DNA of 64,000 nucleotides, taken from NCBI RefSeq assembly GCF_006345805.1, contig NC_042999.1:28272001-28336000 (forward strand). Direction: 5' to 3'. The position numbers and the translations under genes are program-made. Every line of letters starts with the position of its first letter. Position 1 is the first letter of the stretch. This document shows positions 41,131 through 54,942 of the stretch, one piece after another. This DNA is from Octopus sinensis. Its lineage: Eukaryota. The notes under the pieces are model-generated. The model had not been told where the DNA came from and did not search any database. It was given only the letters and a program-made list of their open reading frames with translations.

Positions 41131-41477
41131 AAGAAAGATGCGAGAATGAAGATAAGATTGAGGTTAAAAGAGGATGAGTATGATGAGAAACAATTCACAT
41201 GAATAAGCAGAAATTGATATGACGATAGGAGAGGAGAGAAATGTGAGTTATGGTAAATACGATAATGTGACGTTAGGTGGATGACTTTATCTTTTCCCTC
41301 AGTTATTATTTCATATATTTTTTTTCTGCATGAATTTCAATTTTTGCAAGAAATTCTCCTGTAATGAACAAAACAATGAAACATACGCACACAAGCACAT
41401 ACACAGACACATAGACATGCACCCACACAGACAAGCATGCTCACGCACACACACATACACATACAAACATTGATATA

Positions 41478-41710
41478 TATTTCTTTACTACCCACAAGGG
41501 GCTAAACATAGAGAGGACAAACAGGGACAGACAAAGGGATTAAGTCGATTACATCAACCCCAGTGCGAAGCTGGTACTTTATTTATCGACCCTGAAAGGA
41601 TGAAAGGCAAAGTCGACCTCGGCGGAATTTGAACTCAGAACATAACGACAGACGAAATACCGCTAAGCATTTCGCCCGGCGCGCTAACGTTTCTGCCAGC
41701 TCGCCGCCTT
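41478..41710 (-). mobile_element. SINE family C, full length
   Basis: 15-bp TSD acaaacattgatata (41463-77, 41715-29). Confidence 0.93.
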
Positions 41711-42479
41711 AAAAACAAACATTGATATAGACTGAGAAACAGCCTAAGGAATTAGTAGCAATGATGTTTAACGCTTACCAGTTCGTGGTACAAGAGCAGT
41801 TCAACCAAAATCTGTGGTTAAAAATTTATTAAAAATACCAAGATTCAACCAGTTACATTGGTTCCTGGAAAGAAATGAAGCTTATTTATTAGCAGAGCAT
41901 TATATCCACCTTCGAATTGACTTCAAAGGAATCTTGGTCAACCAGTCACTCAGATGTCGCATTTCAGCTTCAGAAGAGCACCATTTTACATTCATCAATG
42001 AACACAAGATGCATTTGTCAACGTCCGGAAAATTGGCAGACCGAATCTCTTTATATAATTCACCTGAAAGAACTAATGGCCATTTTTCACATAAAACAAA
42101 CCGGACGATCACCATGAGCTCTAGATCGAGTGTTCCGTGAAAAGAAAAATATTCCTCACTGACACATAAAGTATGGAAAATACTTGGTGACATTTATGAC
42201 TGAATGACCACTAATGATGTGAAGAAATGAAGGCTTCTTCAACCACATAAATTGATTTTTTGCGAGATCGGTTGATCTTGATAAAATCATTCCAACCAAC
42301 CAGCTTGAAAACGGTCACAATTCGGGGATCTTTGAGGTCATCAGTATTTATGTCATCTGATAGACATGAAATCCTGAATCCAGTTTCCCTCTTTAAAGCA
42401 AGTGAAAAAATATACAAAAAGGTATCTCCAGGATAATCAGACCAATTATGGGTACCTCATTATTACAAAACATAACATA

Positions 42480-43388
42480 AAAGGTGCGCCAGTTTTTTGA
42501 GGACAACACTTTCAAGCGCTCTAACAGTCTTCTAATTAATTTTTTTATACCATACTTTTCAAGTAAATAATGTCAGACAACAGATTGACTTAACAAATAA
42601 AAAGGCACGCTGTGATTGTTCTCATAAAAGCGCAGTACAGCGATAGTTCAGTTCATGGAAGTTGTCCGATCCTTCGTTGTCAAAGTTTGAAAGGAGTTGG
42701 AAGCTACTGATGGGGATTCAAAATCAGCAACTAAACTCAAAACGTATGCACTGGCTACTAAGACCATCAGAGCACATAACCTTGTAGAAAAAGTCCAAGA
42801 AATAGAAATAAAATCCCTGGAAAATCAATCAGAACATTTGGGAAAGTTTTCAGAACGCACAATTAGAAGAGTTTTGTATGAGGGCAACCGGTACAAGTCG
42901 TATGTGATACGGGGTGGAGGTCAGTTTATGTCGGATGTGACAAGAGAGAATCGTTCGATCCGAGCAAAGTGATTGCTACACAAGGTAAAAAACTAAGAGA
43001 CTTGAATGCTTTCGCTTCGATCAGGACCAAAAGGTAAACCGAAGAAACAACAGATGACTATGCAGAAACTCAAATTAGGTTCCAGCAACTGTGATGATTC
43101 TGAGTCTCATCAGCAACAATGGAGATGTAATGTCACATCACTTTCTTTTTACAGGGCTATCTACAAAAATGTTGGAGAATGATGTGAGGCAATGTTGTGA
43201 GGTCTTGAATATACAGAGAATGCAACGGAAGACCGTAATTCTATCAACAAGGCTCTGCGCTGTCTCATAAGCTTAGGGCAATGCAAGTGTGGATGCATGC
43301 CAATCTCCAAGATCCCGTTCTCCCAGACTCATGGCCTCCTAAATCACTGAACCTGGATCCATTGTATTATTACCAAAGCGTTGAAGTC

Positions 43389-43434
<46 letters not shown>

Positions 43435-43737
43435 TAGAGAAAGGGAGAGAGAGAGAGATGTCAATCAACATTCCTAAAACACCGTACAATCTCTCAATTT
43501 TTCCATAACCAGCACTATTATAAAATTGATAAAGATCGTCTGATTCAGAGATATCAACGCTTCAGACTCCGTATTGAAGCAGCGAGTGATGCAAACGGTG
43601 GATTCATAGAATAGGTGTGATGAAAAGATTCTCAAGATTATTTGTATCAATTTCTTTTCAAATGCGACTTTCCTTTGATGAGCTTTGCGTCTTTTACTAA
43701 ACTCATATAGATGATCTCAAAAAACTGACGCACCCTT
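42480..43737 (+). mobile_element. Tc1/mariner relic, DD37D (maT)-like
   Basis: TA flanks; 22-bp TIRs aaaggtgcgccagttttttgag / ctcaaaaaactgacgcaccctt; QQG-SALSH...WPPKSLNLDPL-YY with exactly 37 residues between the two (mutated) catalytic positions; (GA)n insertion. Confidence 0.85.
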
Positions 43738-43988
43738 TATATAAGAGTTCAAGAAGAGCTGGCGTTGAACAAGCGATGGATGTACTTATATGACAAGTTG
43801 TTTTTTAAGCCTCGTTTATATTTTCCGTATGTCACAAAATATATCAATTAGAGCAATGGCACGGTTACCTTACCAATATAAAAGTATTTCCTTGTGTGCG
43901 TTAGATGAAGTCAAACATTGAGTGTGTTAGATAAAGTCAGACTATACCATGCAGACATTTACATGGCTATCAGTTAACATCCACCATA

Positions 43989-44218
43989 TATTTCTTTGCT
44001 GCCCACAAGGGGCTAAACATAGAGGGGACAAACAAGGACAGACAAAGGGATTAAGTCGATTACATCGACCCCAATGCGAAACTGGTACTTTATTTATCAA
44101 CCCCAAAAGGATGAAAGGTAAAGTCGACCTCGGAATTTGAACTCAGAACGTAACGGCAGACGAAATACCGCTAAGCATTTCGCCCGGCGCGCTATCGTTT
44201 TTGCCAGCTCGCCGCCTT
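43989..44218 (-). mobile_element. SINE family C, full length
   Basis: 12-bp TSD acatccaccata (43977-88, 44222-33). Confidence 0.92.
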
Positions 44219-44689
44219 TTGACATCCACCATAGCTAACCAACATGCCATTCAATCAGCAGAATGGTCTTTGAATTCTCTGTAATCAACGCTACGCTCGT
44301 TAATTTTCAGATGCACCAATCGATATGTGTTGACCCACAACTTATTATTCATGAACTTATGTAAACATGTGAGTTTGAGGAGAGGTGGATTATTAGTAGT
44401 GCACGAAGAAGTTAAAGCAAGTAGATGCAATAGACGGTTTTACTTTGTCCGCTCCAAGAAAAGAAAATAATTTTATTCGCGCACACTTCGTCAGTCCAAG
44501 GACAAACGTCATTTTTTGCATCGTACATATTTTGCAAGAAGGATAAAAAATACCAGAAAGAATTCCGTGTCGTAATTAAACTATTGATTATCTCCCATTA
44601 TTAAGTCTCACATTAACTAATATGGCTAGCACCCAAACGGATCCACCGTCACAACAATAGAATTTTGTTTTGATTGACGGTTGCATTAG

Positions 44690-45990
44690 CACATTGCCGG
44701 AAGAGCTCAGCAACCTTGTGTAAAGGAGGTAATCAAAAGTTACGAGTCGGTGGTAGGGGCATAAATTAACAAGGACAAGTCCATCGGCTTGCGGTTCGGT
44801 ACCTGGAGTGGCAAAACGATGCCATACAATGTCGTGGGACATTGGACGGAAGCTCCTGTTAAGTTGCTTGGAGTCTGGTTTGGACTGTATTCCCAGACAG
44901 AGAAGAATTGAAGTGAGTTGGTAGACAGGGTGGCAGCCCTAATCCGGACCTGGTCTGGAAGGGCGCTATCCCTGAAAGAAAGGGCGGAGGTGGTGCAAGT
45001 GTATATTGCATATGTTATCACCTACCGCCTGACCGTTGTCCCTTGCCATGATTCGTGGCTAAATAGGTTGGAACACCTTCTCTTTCTCTTTTTGTGGAAG
45101 GGAGGAAAATCGCTGGTGTCTGCTGCCAAAAACCGCTAAAAGGTGGGTTAGCGATGCCATGGCTGATGATGCGCAGAAATGCGCAGAGGCTGAGGCACCT
45201 CTGGCTCAACTTGGAGGGTGATCATGTATGGAATTTGCTGACAGAGACATTCTTTCCGCGACTGGCCTTCTTGGAGAAATTCGAACTGTTTCATCAAAAG
45301 AAGGAACCTGACTGCATAGCAAAAAGAATGCTGACAGGCACTCGTGCAAATCCACAAAGCGGGCAACGCCGGCAGTTTGAGTACCACCTCGGTACTCTAT
45401 AGTGGGCTGGTAGAGTTCAAGTAGGATGACGTCTTGGAAGAAGCTTCAGGACTCGATGTTTAAAAGAACTTTCGGGTCGGGGTACCTGGATAACTACCAG
45501 AAATCCCTGACGTGGCAGTGCTATAGGAGCGCTTTACCTGTTCGTGATAAACTGTCTAGAAATGGGATGTCTGTGTCACCGGTATGCCCAAGGTGCGGTC
45601 AGGATGATGAAACCGTTCTGCACGCCCTTGTTCAGTGTCCGGAAATTTCGGGGTTGATAGTTTACGCTGACACGTGCTGTCACATTTAGGAAGAGTACAG
45701 CTATCAGCTGAGTATATGATTAAGATTGTACCGCCAACTGGACTGTCAAAGTAAGGTGAGAAAAGTTTCTTATGCTCAGCTGCATTTTTAAAGAGTGCAT
45801 ATAGGGGTTTCAAAGGTTTCAAAGGAGTCGCTACGGGAACCTTCATATCCAGCCCTGGTTTGCTGTACCATTTCAAATATCATCTGAACAGCAAGATAGG
45901 GTTAGAGAAAGGACGCCTGTCGCAAAGTATATACGAGAAAAGATAGAAGGATGTGGTGAGAAGGTTGGGTATGAATGACTCTGCTTAAAT
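44690..45990 (+). mobile_element. 5'-truncated Tx1/L1-clade LINE (RT C-terminus and zinc knuckle), decayed
   Basis: GA*INKDKS, VKLLGVWF, WSGRALSLKERAEV, FLWKG..GGLAMP, LPVRDKL..CPRCGQDDETVLHALVQC. Confidence 0.85.
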
Positions 45991-46391
45991 CCATAGTAAG
46001 TTCGTACGTTGTAGCCGGTGGACTTTCCGGTCAAAATGTGTAATAATTCATCGTAATTAACACTCATCACAAATATATATATCATTCTATATTTTTAACT
46101 ACTTAAACTGCACGAATGCACGAACATTATATGCTTGTAACGTCCTGTGCTGTCTCCTCTATGTTAGATCTTATGATCATAATAAAGAATTATCACGCAA
46201 TGAAGACGGGTAACTATTCAGAAACCCGGGTCTGTGTTTATCACCTAAGGCTAGAAATGGAAGCAAATAATAATATTCGGACACACACACTTTGTCGTTA
46301 GTCACCTGGAGGATATGTCTTCCTGGGGCTAAAAACAACAGTAACATTGCCCTCTATAGAACCGGCATATTTAGTTGGTAAATATATTTTA

Positions 46392-46437
<46 letters not shown>

Positions 46438-46504
46438 TATATATATACATATATACATATATACATATATTCTACGATATATAAGTATATATACATATAT
46501 TTTA

Positions 46505-46557
<53 letters not shown>

Positions 46558-46570
46558 CATTACAGATATA

Positions 46571-46905
46571 AGGTAAATAATTATTATTTAATAATTAATA
46601 AATTTTACCAAGTAGTTTCGGTATGGAAAAAGAACCATTATTGGTAAAAACTTGTACTAAAATTTTTTTGTTTGTTTTATCTATAATTATAAATATAATT
46701 AAGGGTTTAGCAACATGTTGCTTCACCACATACCAAAAAATTTGAAATAGCAGCCAAAAACTGCTAATTCCTTTCACTACAGACGTGGAATCTGTAGTGA
46801 ATCTGTAGTGAAAGGAATTAGCTGTCTTTGGCTGCTATTTCTAAATTTTCGGTATGTGATTAAGTAACTTGTTGCTAAACCCTGAATTATATTTATAATT
46901 ATAAT
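46571..46905. repeat. Palindromic duplication of the ~170-bp terminal module
   Basis: Arms converge on gctaattcctttcactacaga..tctgtagtgaaaggaattagc; arms related to repeats at 57380 and 57960. Confidence 0.75.
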
Positions 46906-46920
46906 TACACACACACACAC

Positions 46921-46956
<36 letters not shown>

Positions 46957-46975
46957 CATATTTATATATATATAT

Positions 46976-47024
<49 letters not shown>

Positions 47025-47029
47025 AATTA

Positions 47030-50000
47030 ACAGAATGAAATATAAATCCAAGGCTGTGAAAGATTTCAGGACATTTATAAATAGAAGGTCTTACATCTGT
47101 TTCTGGGATATTTTAAATATCCCTTCATCGGAGACGGTGTGAAAAAATTGTTAAGCAATAGTTATTCTAGATAGGATATGAAATAGAGAGTGAAGCGGAG
47201 GTATGGAAATACACGTGTGATATGCAGGGTTATTGTATCTTCAGTTCCATTATTTAGGCAGAATGGTATACATATAAGATTCCAGTACCTTGTAAGTTCC
47301 AAAAGTATTTAAAATTGGTCATTCCAAGCATAGCATTTGTAAACGGTGTTATTTAATCGAGGGATTTCTTTTTGAAGTGATTTAAAAGTTGAGAATATGT
47401 TTGCAAGGTCAAATCAAAAACAGGAACAGAGGAAAAAAAAGGTAAAAAGAAAAAACGAAAGAGTGGGAGAGAGTTAATAAGGGAATGAAGAGAGGGAAAG
47501 TGAACTGATTAGTGGTCAGTTAGTATAAATTGATAGAGGGAATGGTGAAGTGAAGCTGACAGAGGGAGAAAGATATGAGAGAGTAAAGAGATAAGAGCAT
47601 AAAGCGTAAAGAAGTGTCAGATAGAAGGAATTGGGGTGGAGGGTGATAGAGAGAGAAATATATGAGGGTGCAAAGAGATGAGAGGGTAAATAGTAAAGGA
47701 GTGTCAGGTATGTACCGATAGGGCCTAAGTGAGGGACAGAGAGAGACGGTAGGGGTAGTAAAATGGTGGAATGAAGAATTTGGGAATATAGGTTAGGTTA
47801 CTTAGAGGACAGATCAGTGCTTAGTAGTAGAAGAATACATATATGTGAAGATGTATACACATGCATATATCAAACATGTACATAGATATTTATATACATC
47901 AAACCCTACACACACAACATGTATTCATATGTATATGCATATACGCATACCCATATATACGTGTATCTATATGTATTAACGACCCTGTACGAGCAGGTAT
48001 ACCTTGCATACATGCATACACAAAAACACAGAGATATACACATATACACACACATACACGTACATACGTATGTACGCATACACATACAAATGCAATTAAA
48101 TAGTTTTGATATTCAATTATGAAAGAGGAACTAGATAGGGATTAGGAGTTAAAATGTAGATTTATAAGGTTATTCTGATTACCTAAGGTGTATTGTGGAA
48201 ATATACTGTATGGCCATTTAAGCATTTAGATTTGTGATAGAATTAGGTGTGAGAAAAGCGGTGGTTGCATGGGCTTAGTTCCTCATTATGTTTATTTAGC
48301 AGTGTTGGAGAGTTGTGCTTTAGTATGAGAAGGGCCCCCTTCAGATAAAACTTGCAGGTTGAGCGTTGACCTCGGTAGGGAAAAACTGAATCCAGTATGG
48401 ACCATGATAAAGTATAAGGTATATTTGTATTTTTGAGATGATGTATGTGGCGAGTGTTGTAGATTTACTATGTTTATCGTATCTAAAATAATGGATGTCA
48501 GCGGCATATCATTCCTTAAAATTTTTGGTTGATTCTATGTATATGGCTGTAAAGTTGTGCAATAGACTAAGGACAGTGCCTTTGTAAATTACATTATATC
48601 TTCTGCAATGGGTTTGTAACAGGCAGATGGTTCCAGGACGGCAGTTACAATCAGGTGAATTTGGGGGATTGTGTTCAGGGACGGAGGAGGTAATATTGTC
48701 AGAGAAGATGTTAGAGAAGGGGGTATAAAATCCTAGATTAATAGTATTATTAACTTTATCATTACCATCATTGTTATTACTATTGTTGTTATTAATTGTA
48801 CTATTTGTAAGAGTGGTACAGATTGTGGTGGTGTTCCGGGTGGTGTTAGTATGATGAGAGTGTAAAGCGTAAAGGGGCGTCAGGTAGAAGGTTGTGTTTG
48901 GGGTCTAATGTAAGGGTGTCTATGCTGGAGATATGTGTGTGTTGAGCGTTCATATGACTAGAGTTGTAATTATGTGGGTTTTTATAGTAAAGAGAAAGCT
49001 TTTGCTTATTAGAGGCTACTGTAATAGATTTGAAATTGGGTGGGGCAGAATAGGCTAGTTTGAGGGTGGATCTATTAAAGATAGAATGATATTTATGTTG
49101 CCGAGGGAAGTTAGAGTCTAATATTTTAAAGAAAGATTTAGCTAAGTTCTTAACGTTAAGTGAGAACAGGGGTATGTACCACAGAATAGAGCGTTCGCCG
49201 CTTTGTTAGGGTGTCTATGTTTTTAGATAAAGGAGTGCTATCTCTATTTTTAGAGGATGGGGGTGGGTTGCAAGACCTGTTAATGTTAGCTGTTTTAGAT
49301 TTTTAGTTTTTGATCTAGTGTTAAATGTATGTGTGTGGGGGTCTAGGTTGCCTAGCTGTAAGACCTTCCAGGGTTCTATCAACGAGTGTGTGTAGTTGGT
49401 TGCGATTATGATGCTTGGTGTGATTTGAGATATATATTGTTTGAACCTGGTGTTTCTATTTGTTGGGGAAAGCCGCTAGCGGTGAGTGCTTTATTGTAAT
49501 ATGGTGCGTGATTATTGACATTTTCCTCAGTGGAGGAGAGGTCGGATATGCGGGTTGAGATACCCTTGATTATATTATCAAAAGTGGATTTATGGTGATT
49601 GGAGTGAATGTTAAGGCATTTAAGATAATGGTTAGGTTTGTGGAAAGGGGAGTATTGGGAGATTAATAAGTTTAGAGTTACGCCTAGAAAGTTAGCAGTT
49701 TTGTGAGCGTTTTCGAATGTGATAGACAGGTTTATGTCAGAGAAGAATTTATGTAGATACTCTATAATTCTTTCCAAGAAGGATTTATTTATGCATTTGG
49801 TAACTAGTAAGGTGTCATCCCTGTATAGGCCTCCCTTGATGTTAGGGAAATGTATATGGAGCTGGGGAAGTATATATAGTCCAACCAAGTCAGTGATCTG
49901 AGCTGAATCAGATGATCCTATGGTTATGTCGAATAGGTTGCTATAGTTATTGTTATGGTGATTGGTCCAGCACCAGAGTTTGTTTCACAAGAAATAAGGA

Positions 50001-51089
50001 TTTTGCGGGCATTAAGTATTATGTTGATTTCTAGTGGTGTTAGGTTAGTAAGGTTTGTAGATAGAAGTGCTTGATTTAGAAGTTTAGGAGAAATAGAAGA
50101 GTAACAACTATTTATGTAGGAAGGAACATGAGTTTTTGATTTTTAGATGGAACCACGTAATAACATCACCAGTGTGGGACTATAGATTAACATTTAATTT
50201 GTCCTTGACGATTGGTATTATTTTGTTTAAAATGTTTTTGCTTACACTTCCTAGGTCGGAGTTGGTGGGGCATAATAGGCGTATTGAAGGTTTGGTAATA
50301 AAGTCCTTCTTGTGATCCTTGAGGTTAAAGTGTGGAGATGTAGGGCAGTATGGTTCGTTTCAGTCATCCTCTTGTAATTTCTTCATAAGTTTACTGTGAT
50401 TGGTATTGATTTCATTTAGGGCAGATGTCGGTGCAAGCTTGTAGGATTTGTTGAGTTCTTTCTTTATGAATTTATTGTATTCCTCAATAGTAATGGTGTA
50501 CATATTTCCTGTTTTATCCGAGAAGACATGTAATTTGGGGGATGCATTGATCAGTTTTATGCTGTGTGAGAGCTTCTTTTACATGGGGATTTATATTTGG
50601 AGAATTTAATGAGTGTAATTAAATTTGTCATATCCGCTTCAAATTTTTCGAGATGGGGGTTATGTGGAGGGTACTTATATGATTTGAGGTTGAAGTTATT
50701 GGTGTTATTCTCATTTCTGCACTTTTGCTTGTCGTGGAAGAAAGCTTTCTATCTCATTCTTCGGATGAAGTCCTTAGTTTTGGTAAGGAGGAGTAAGAAG
50801 AAAGTATTTTGTGAAGGAATAGGTGTGTCCTTAAGAGAAATGCCAAGGAATTGTTTATCCATTACTGAAGCATTACCTGAGATAAGTGTTTATAATAGCG
50901 AGAAATTGAGGTTATGAGAGGTAATGGTGTCAATAAGACCCAAAGGTGTCATGTAATGTTGATATATGACCTACGTTGGACTCCTCATTCGCATAATCAC
51001 CGAACCTGGAGCTTAACTTCAGCCTGTCCTTAGCACTTACTCAGCATTACCTGACACGTTTGGGTCTTCTTGACATCATTACCTCTCAT

Positions 51090-51092
<3 letters not shown>
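47030..51092 (-). mobile_element. Near full-length decayed Penelope-like element (RT + GIY-YIG)
   Basis: Minus translations SDKTGNMY (~50500), LKDHKKDFITKPSIRLLCP (~50300), GLYRDD..NFLGVTLNL..KPN..NIHSNH (49400-49890), NVIYKGTV..IYIEST.NFKE..FRYDKHSKSTTLATYI (48450-48620); hammerhead in the 3' terminal region; 5' inverted repeat. Confidence 0.85.
47088..47135 (-). ncRNA. Minimal hammerhead motif (core CCGAUGA) in the Penelope 3' terminal region
   Basis: Minus strand: gtct-CCGATGA-a-gggatatt/taa/aatatccc-a-GAAACAGATGT-A-agac; 8-bp stem II; GUA triplet. Confidence 0.7.
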
Positions 51093-51124
<32 letters not shown>

Positions 51125-52189
51125 CAGTATGTCTATAAAGACTAATAGACAGAGAGACAGATAGATTGATAGATTGAGAAATAGATATATTGTGGGTAAC
51201 AATTATTTAAATATTCTCACACTTCCAGAACCTTCTTTTATGTGCATGCAAGTAGTTAACCTGTAATCGTTTGAACATCTCTAAACCTATTAATGCAACA
51301 CGACATTGATCAATTAAATTTTCTTAACATATGTCATCATCTTTCAACTCCTTTTGTTTGCTGTTTAATCTTTATTGATTTACCTACAATAGTGCAAAGT
51401 GCTTTCTGCTTTGCGTTTGTGGGTTAACTTTGCTTCTACCCGACTACAATCTGCATCAGCTCTCACAAGCCAACATGCGTGGATACGCATAGTGTGCATG
51501 CACCAATTAAAGCGTGATAGACGCGAAAATTGTCAGAATCGTTAGTAGACAAAATACAAATTTGTTTTGCTTGTTCCTCTTCATTTCTGAGTTCAAACCT
51601 TTCTGAGATCAAATAAGACTTTCATTATTTTAAGGTCGATAAAAGAAGTATAAGTCGAGCAATGGGGTTGCCGACTAAACAATTCCACCATTTTAAAATT
51701 GCTAGTCTGGTGCCAAAATTGATTAGAATTACAAGATAGTATCTCTTCAACTTCAAATGATTCAAAGAATCATATGGACTCGTTCGTATAACATTACGGT
51801 GAGTCTCCTTTAAGCATCAATCCTTTTTCTTAAAAAAAAAAACAAGAAATAAAACAAACAAACAAAAACAAAAAACAAACAGGTAATACGTTGGAAGACA
51901 TCAGTTCAATATTTTACTGGATTAGCTGAAATGAATTATATGTACATACACGCACGCAGACATACAAACACAGACACATACACTCTTAACCACAAACACA
52001 CATGCAATACAAACACTCATATACGCAATTTATTTGTGCATATATAGGAGTCTGTATAATGGGAAATGCATTCTTAAGTTTCTTTAGGTTTGTATTGAAA
52101 AATGTGTTGACATTAGTCATCTGTAATTATTCAATTATGTAAAGAAAACTGAATTTATATCAATAAACAACACAGATATATTTATACTA

Positions 52190-52350
52190 AGAAACACGCG
52201 TATAAGTATACACACGTACACATACACTCCATACACTCACACACGCACACACACACACAAATATACGTATGTATGTATACATATAAATATAAATATGGAT
52301 ATATATATATGTATATATAAGTATATGTATGTATATATGTATATATATGC

Positions 52351-52403
<53 letters not shown>

Positions 52404-52520
52404 TATATATGTATATATATACGTATATATATATATGTATATATATATACGTATATACATGTATATATATATATGCGTATATATATATATATATAAATGT
52501 ATATTTATATGTACATATAT

Positions 52521-52562
<42 letters not shown>

Positions 52563-52566
52563 TCTA

Positions 52567-52606
<40 letters not shown>

Positions 52607-52739
52607 ATATATATATATACATATATATATACATATATATATATATACATACACACACACACACACACAAACATATATATTGTATATATATCGTGTGTGA
52701 AATTGTTGTCTGTGTATATTTATATGTGTCTGCCTGGGT

Positions 52740-52799
<60 letters not shown>

Positions 52800-53072
52800 T
52801 GTCTGAGTATGTCCTTATACATAAGTATACCGAAATTTTTTGTTTTCTCTTTTGATAATTTTCTTTTCTAAAATCGCTATTTCTATTTGCCTACGAGGAA
52901 ATCAAAGAAAGTGTAACACTTTGACAAATTATGTCCGATGCATCAATAAAAGCTCCAACGTTAACTCATAAACAAGATTTATCTCTTGGTGTATGTGACT
53001 GTGTTTGAGTTTGTGTATGCGCAAGGACTGTTATACATACAACGTAAACATTACGTATACTTAGGTATGTTT

Positions 53073-53152
<80 letters not shown>

Positions 53153-53260
53153 TTGTGCGTGTGTGTGTGTGTACGTAGAAATATATATATATATATTCAT
53201 ATAAATTCATACAAACATACACACATAGACATATATAAACATACACATAGGCACATATAT
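52190..53260. repeat. Extended (TA)n/(CA)n/(TC)n/(TG)n microsatellite field
   Basis: Direct reading. Confidence 0.92.
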
Positions 53261-53793
53261 AATGAAAGTGAAAGAAAGAGATATATGTATATGCGTTTGT
53301 CTGTGCACATGCATACACACAATTATATTCACGCACACATACACACATATAGTGGTGAATTTAACCGTACATAGCATGAAAAGGTTACTTGTTTACCTTG
53401 ACATAAACATTTACATTTCGAATGTATATGTGTGTATAATACGTATATAATATCCGCATATTGAATATGTTACTGACCCGTCGGCAGTTGTTTGATACAT
53501 ATAGAAGCCCATAGAATTGGTGCCGGCACTGCGTGTGTAAATTAATTAAAATTATTTAAATACAATGCCAGTCATAAGCGGCTTCCTTTGTTTTTTAACA
53601 AATCCACCACAGACAATTAAGTGTTGGGTAAACAGGCGGTGACGAAATAGTATAAACAAGAACAGCCATTTATGACTATCCTGTGTTAATTTGTTTACAC
53701 ATCACAGTGCTGACAAACTTTCACAAATATATTTTGCTGTATATCATATCATATGCTTGTTTCTTTTAGCTGACTGACGAAAAGAAAGGGCGC

Positions 53794-54248
53794 GGATCTT
53801 TTCGGTTTGAACGGCAGATTTTAACATACTTTCTAGGTAACTAAAAGATTTTAAACTTCGTATACTGGTAGAACGTGTTTATAAAACATCTTTTTCTCTT
53901 GGCTTTATTGAGAAAATTCTATAGTTTGTAAGATATTTGTTGTTTTTTCTTCAATTTCCGCAATTTCAACCAATCACTGACGTCCATTTAGGTAAACAAC
54001 ATTCTGTGCCTTATGAATATGTCCCTCGTTTAAGAAACAGATTGGGTTTATTTACATTTGTGAAGAAAAAAGATACCCTTCACCCCACCCCTAACCCTAA
54101 CCTTAACCCTAACTACCCCTAACTAAACCTAACTAACCCTAACCCTAAAATAGATTGAAATGCAATAGATTGATAATAGGGTCATAATTATGGGTGACAA
54201 TTTCATATGACACCACTAGAAAAACTGCCGTTGAAACCTAAAAGATCC
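53794..54248. mobile_element. Merlin-like MITE (455 bp) with (CCCTAA)-like tract
   Basis: Same TIR family as 22427; 8-bp TSD aagggcgc (53786-93, 54249-56). Confidence 0.88.
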
Positions 54249-54519
54249 AAGGGCGCTGTTTAGCTATATTTATGTGAATTATCTTATTGAAAGGTCAGCA
54301 AAGAGCCCCAACGTTGTCACTCAACCTGTTAGAAATAGCTGCAACTAGTCCCAAAATCATTTTCAAAAAAGGACATACTCGATGTTGACGCTCTGGATAC
54401 ACATTTATTAATGAAAGAAAATACGGAAGGTTTCAGCATCAACATTTTATGTCATTGGTCATGTGGTGCTGTGGCTGCAAGCTAAATGAATGCTGATTTC
54501 GGAGCTAAGTTCTAGCTAA

Positions 54520-54942
54520 GGATCTTTTCGGTTTGAACGGCAGTTTTTAACATAATTTCTAGGTAACTAAAAAATTTTAAACTTCGTATACTGGTAGAAT
54601 GTGTTTATAAAACATCTTTTTCTCTTGGCTTTATTGAGAAAATTCTACAGTTTGTAAGATATTTGTTGTTTTTTCTTCAATTTCTGCATTTCAATCAATC
54701 GGTGATTTCTATTGAGTTAAAATCATTCTGTCCCTCGTTTAAGAAACAGATTGGGTTTATTTACATTTGTGAAGAAAAAAAGATACCCTTCCCCCACCCC
54801 TAACCCTAACCCTAACTAACCCTAACTAAACCTAACCCTAAAAGAGATTGAAATGCAATAGATCGCTTTTAGGGTCTTAATTATGGGAGACAATTTTATA
54901 TGACACCGCTAGAAAAAACTGCCGTTCAAACCGAAAATATCA
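54520..54942. mobile_element. Merlin-like MITE (423 bp) with (CCCTAA)-like tract
   Basis: Same TIR family; 8-bp TSD ctagctaa (54512-19, 54943-50). Confidence 0.88.
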
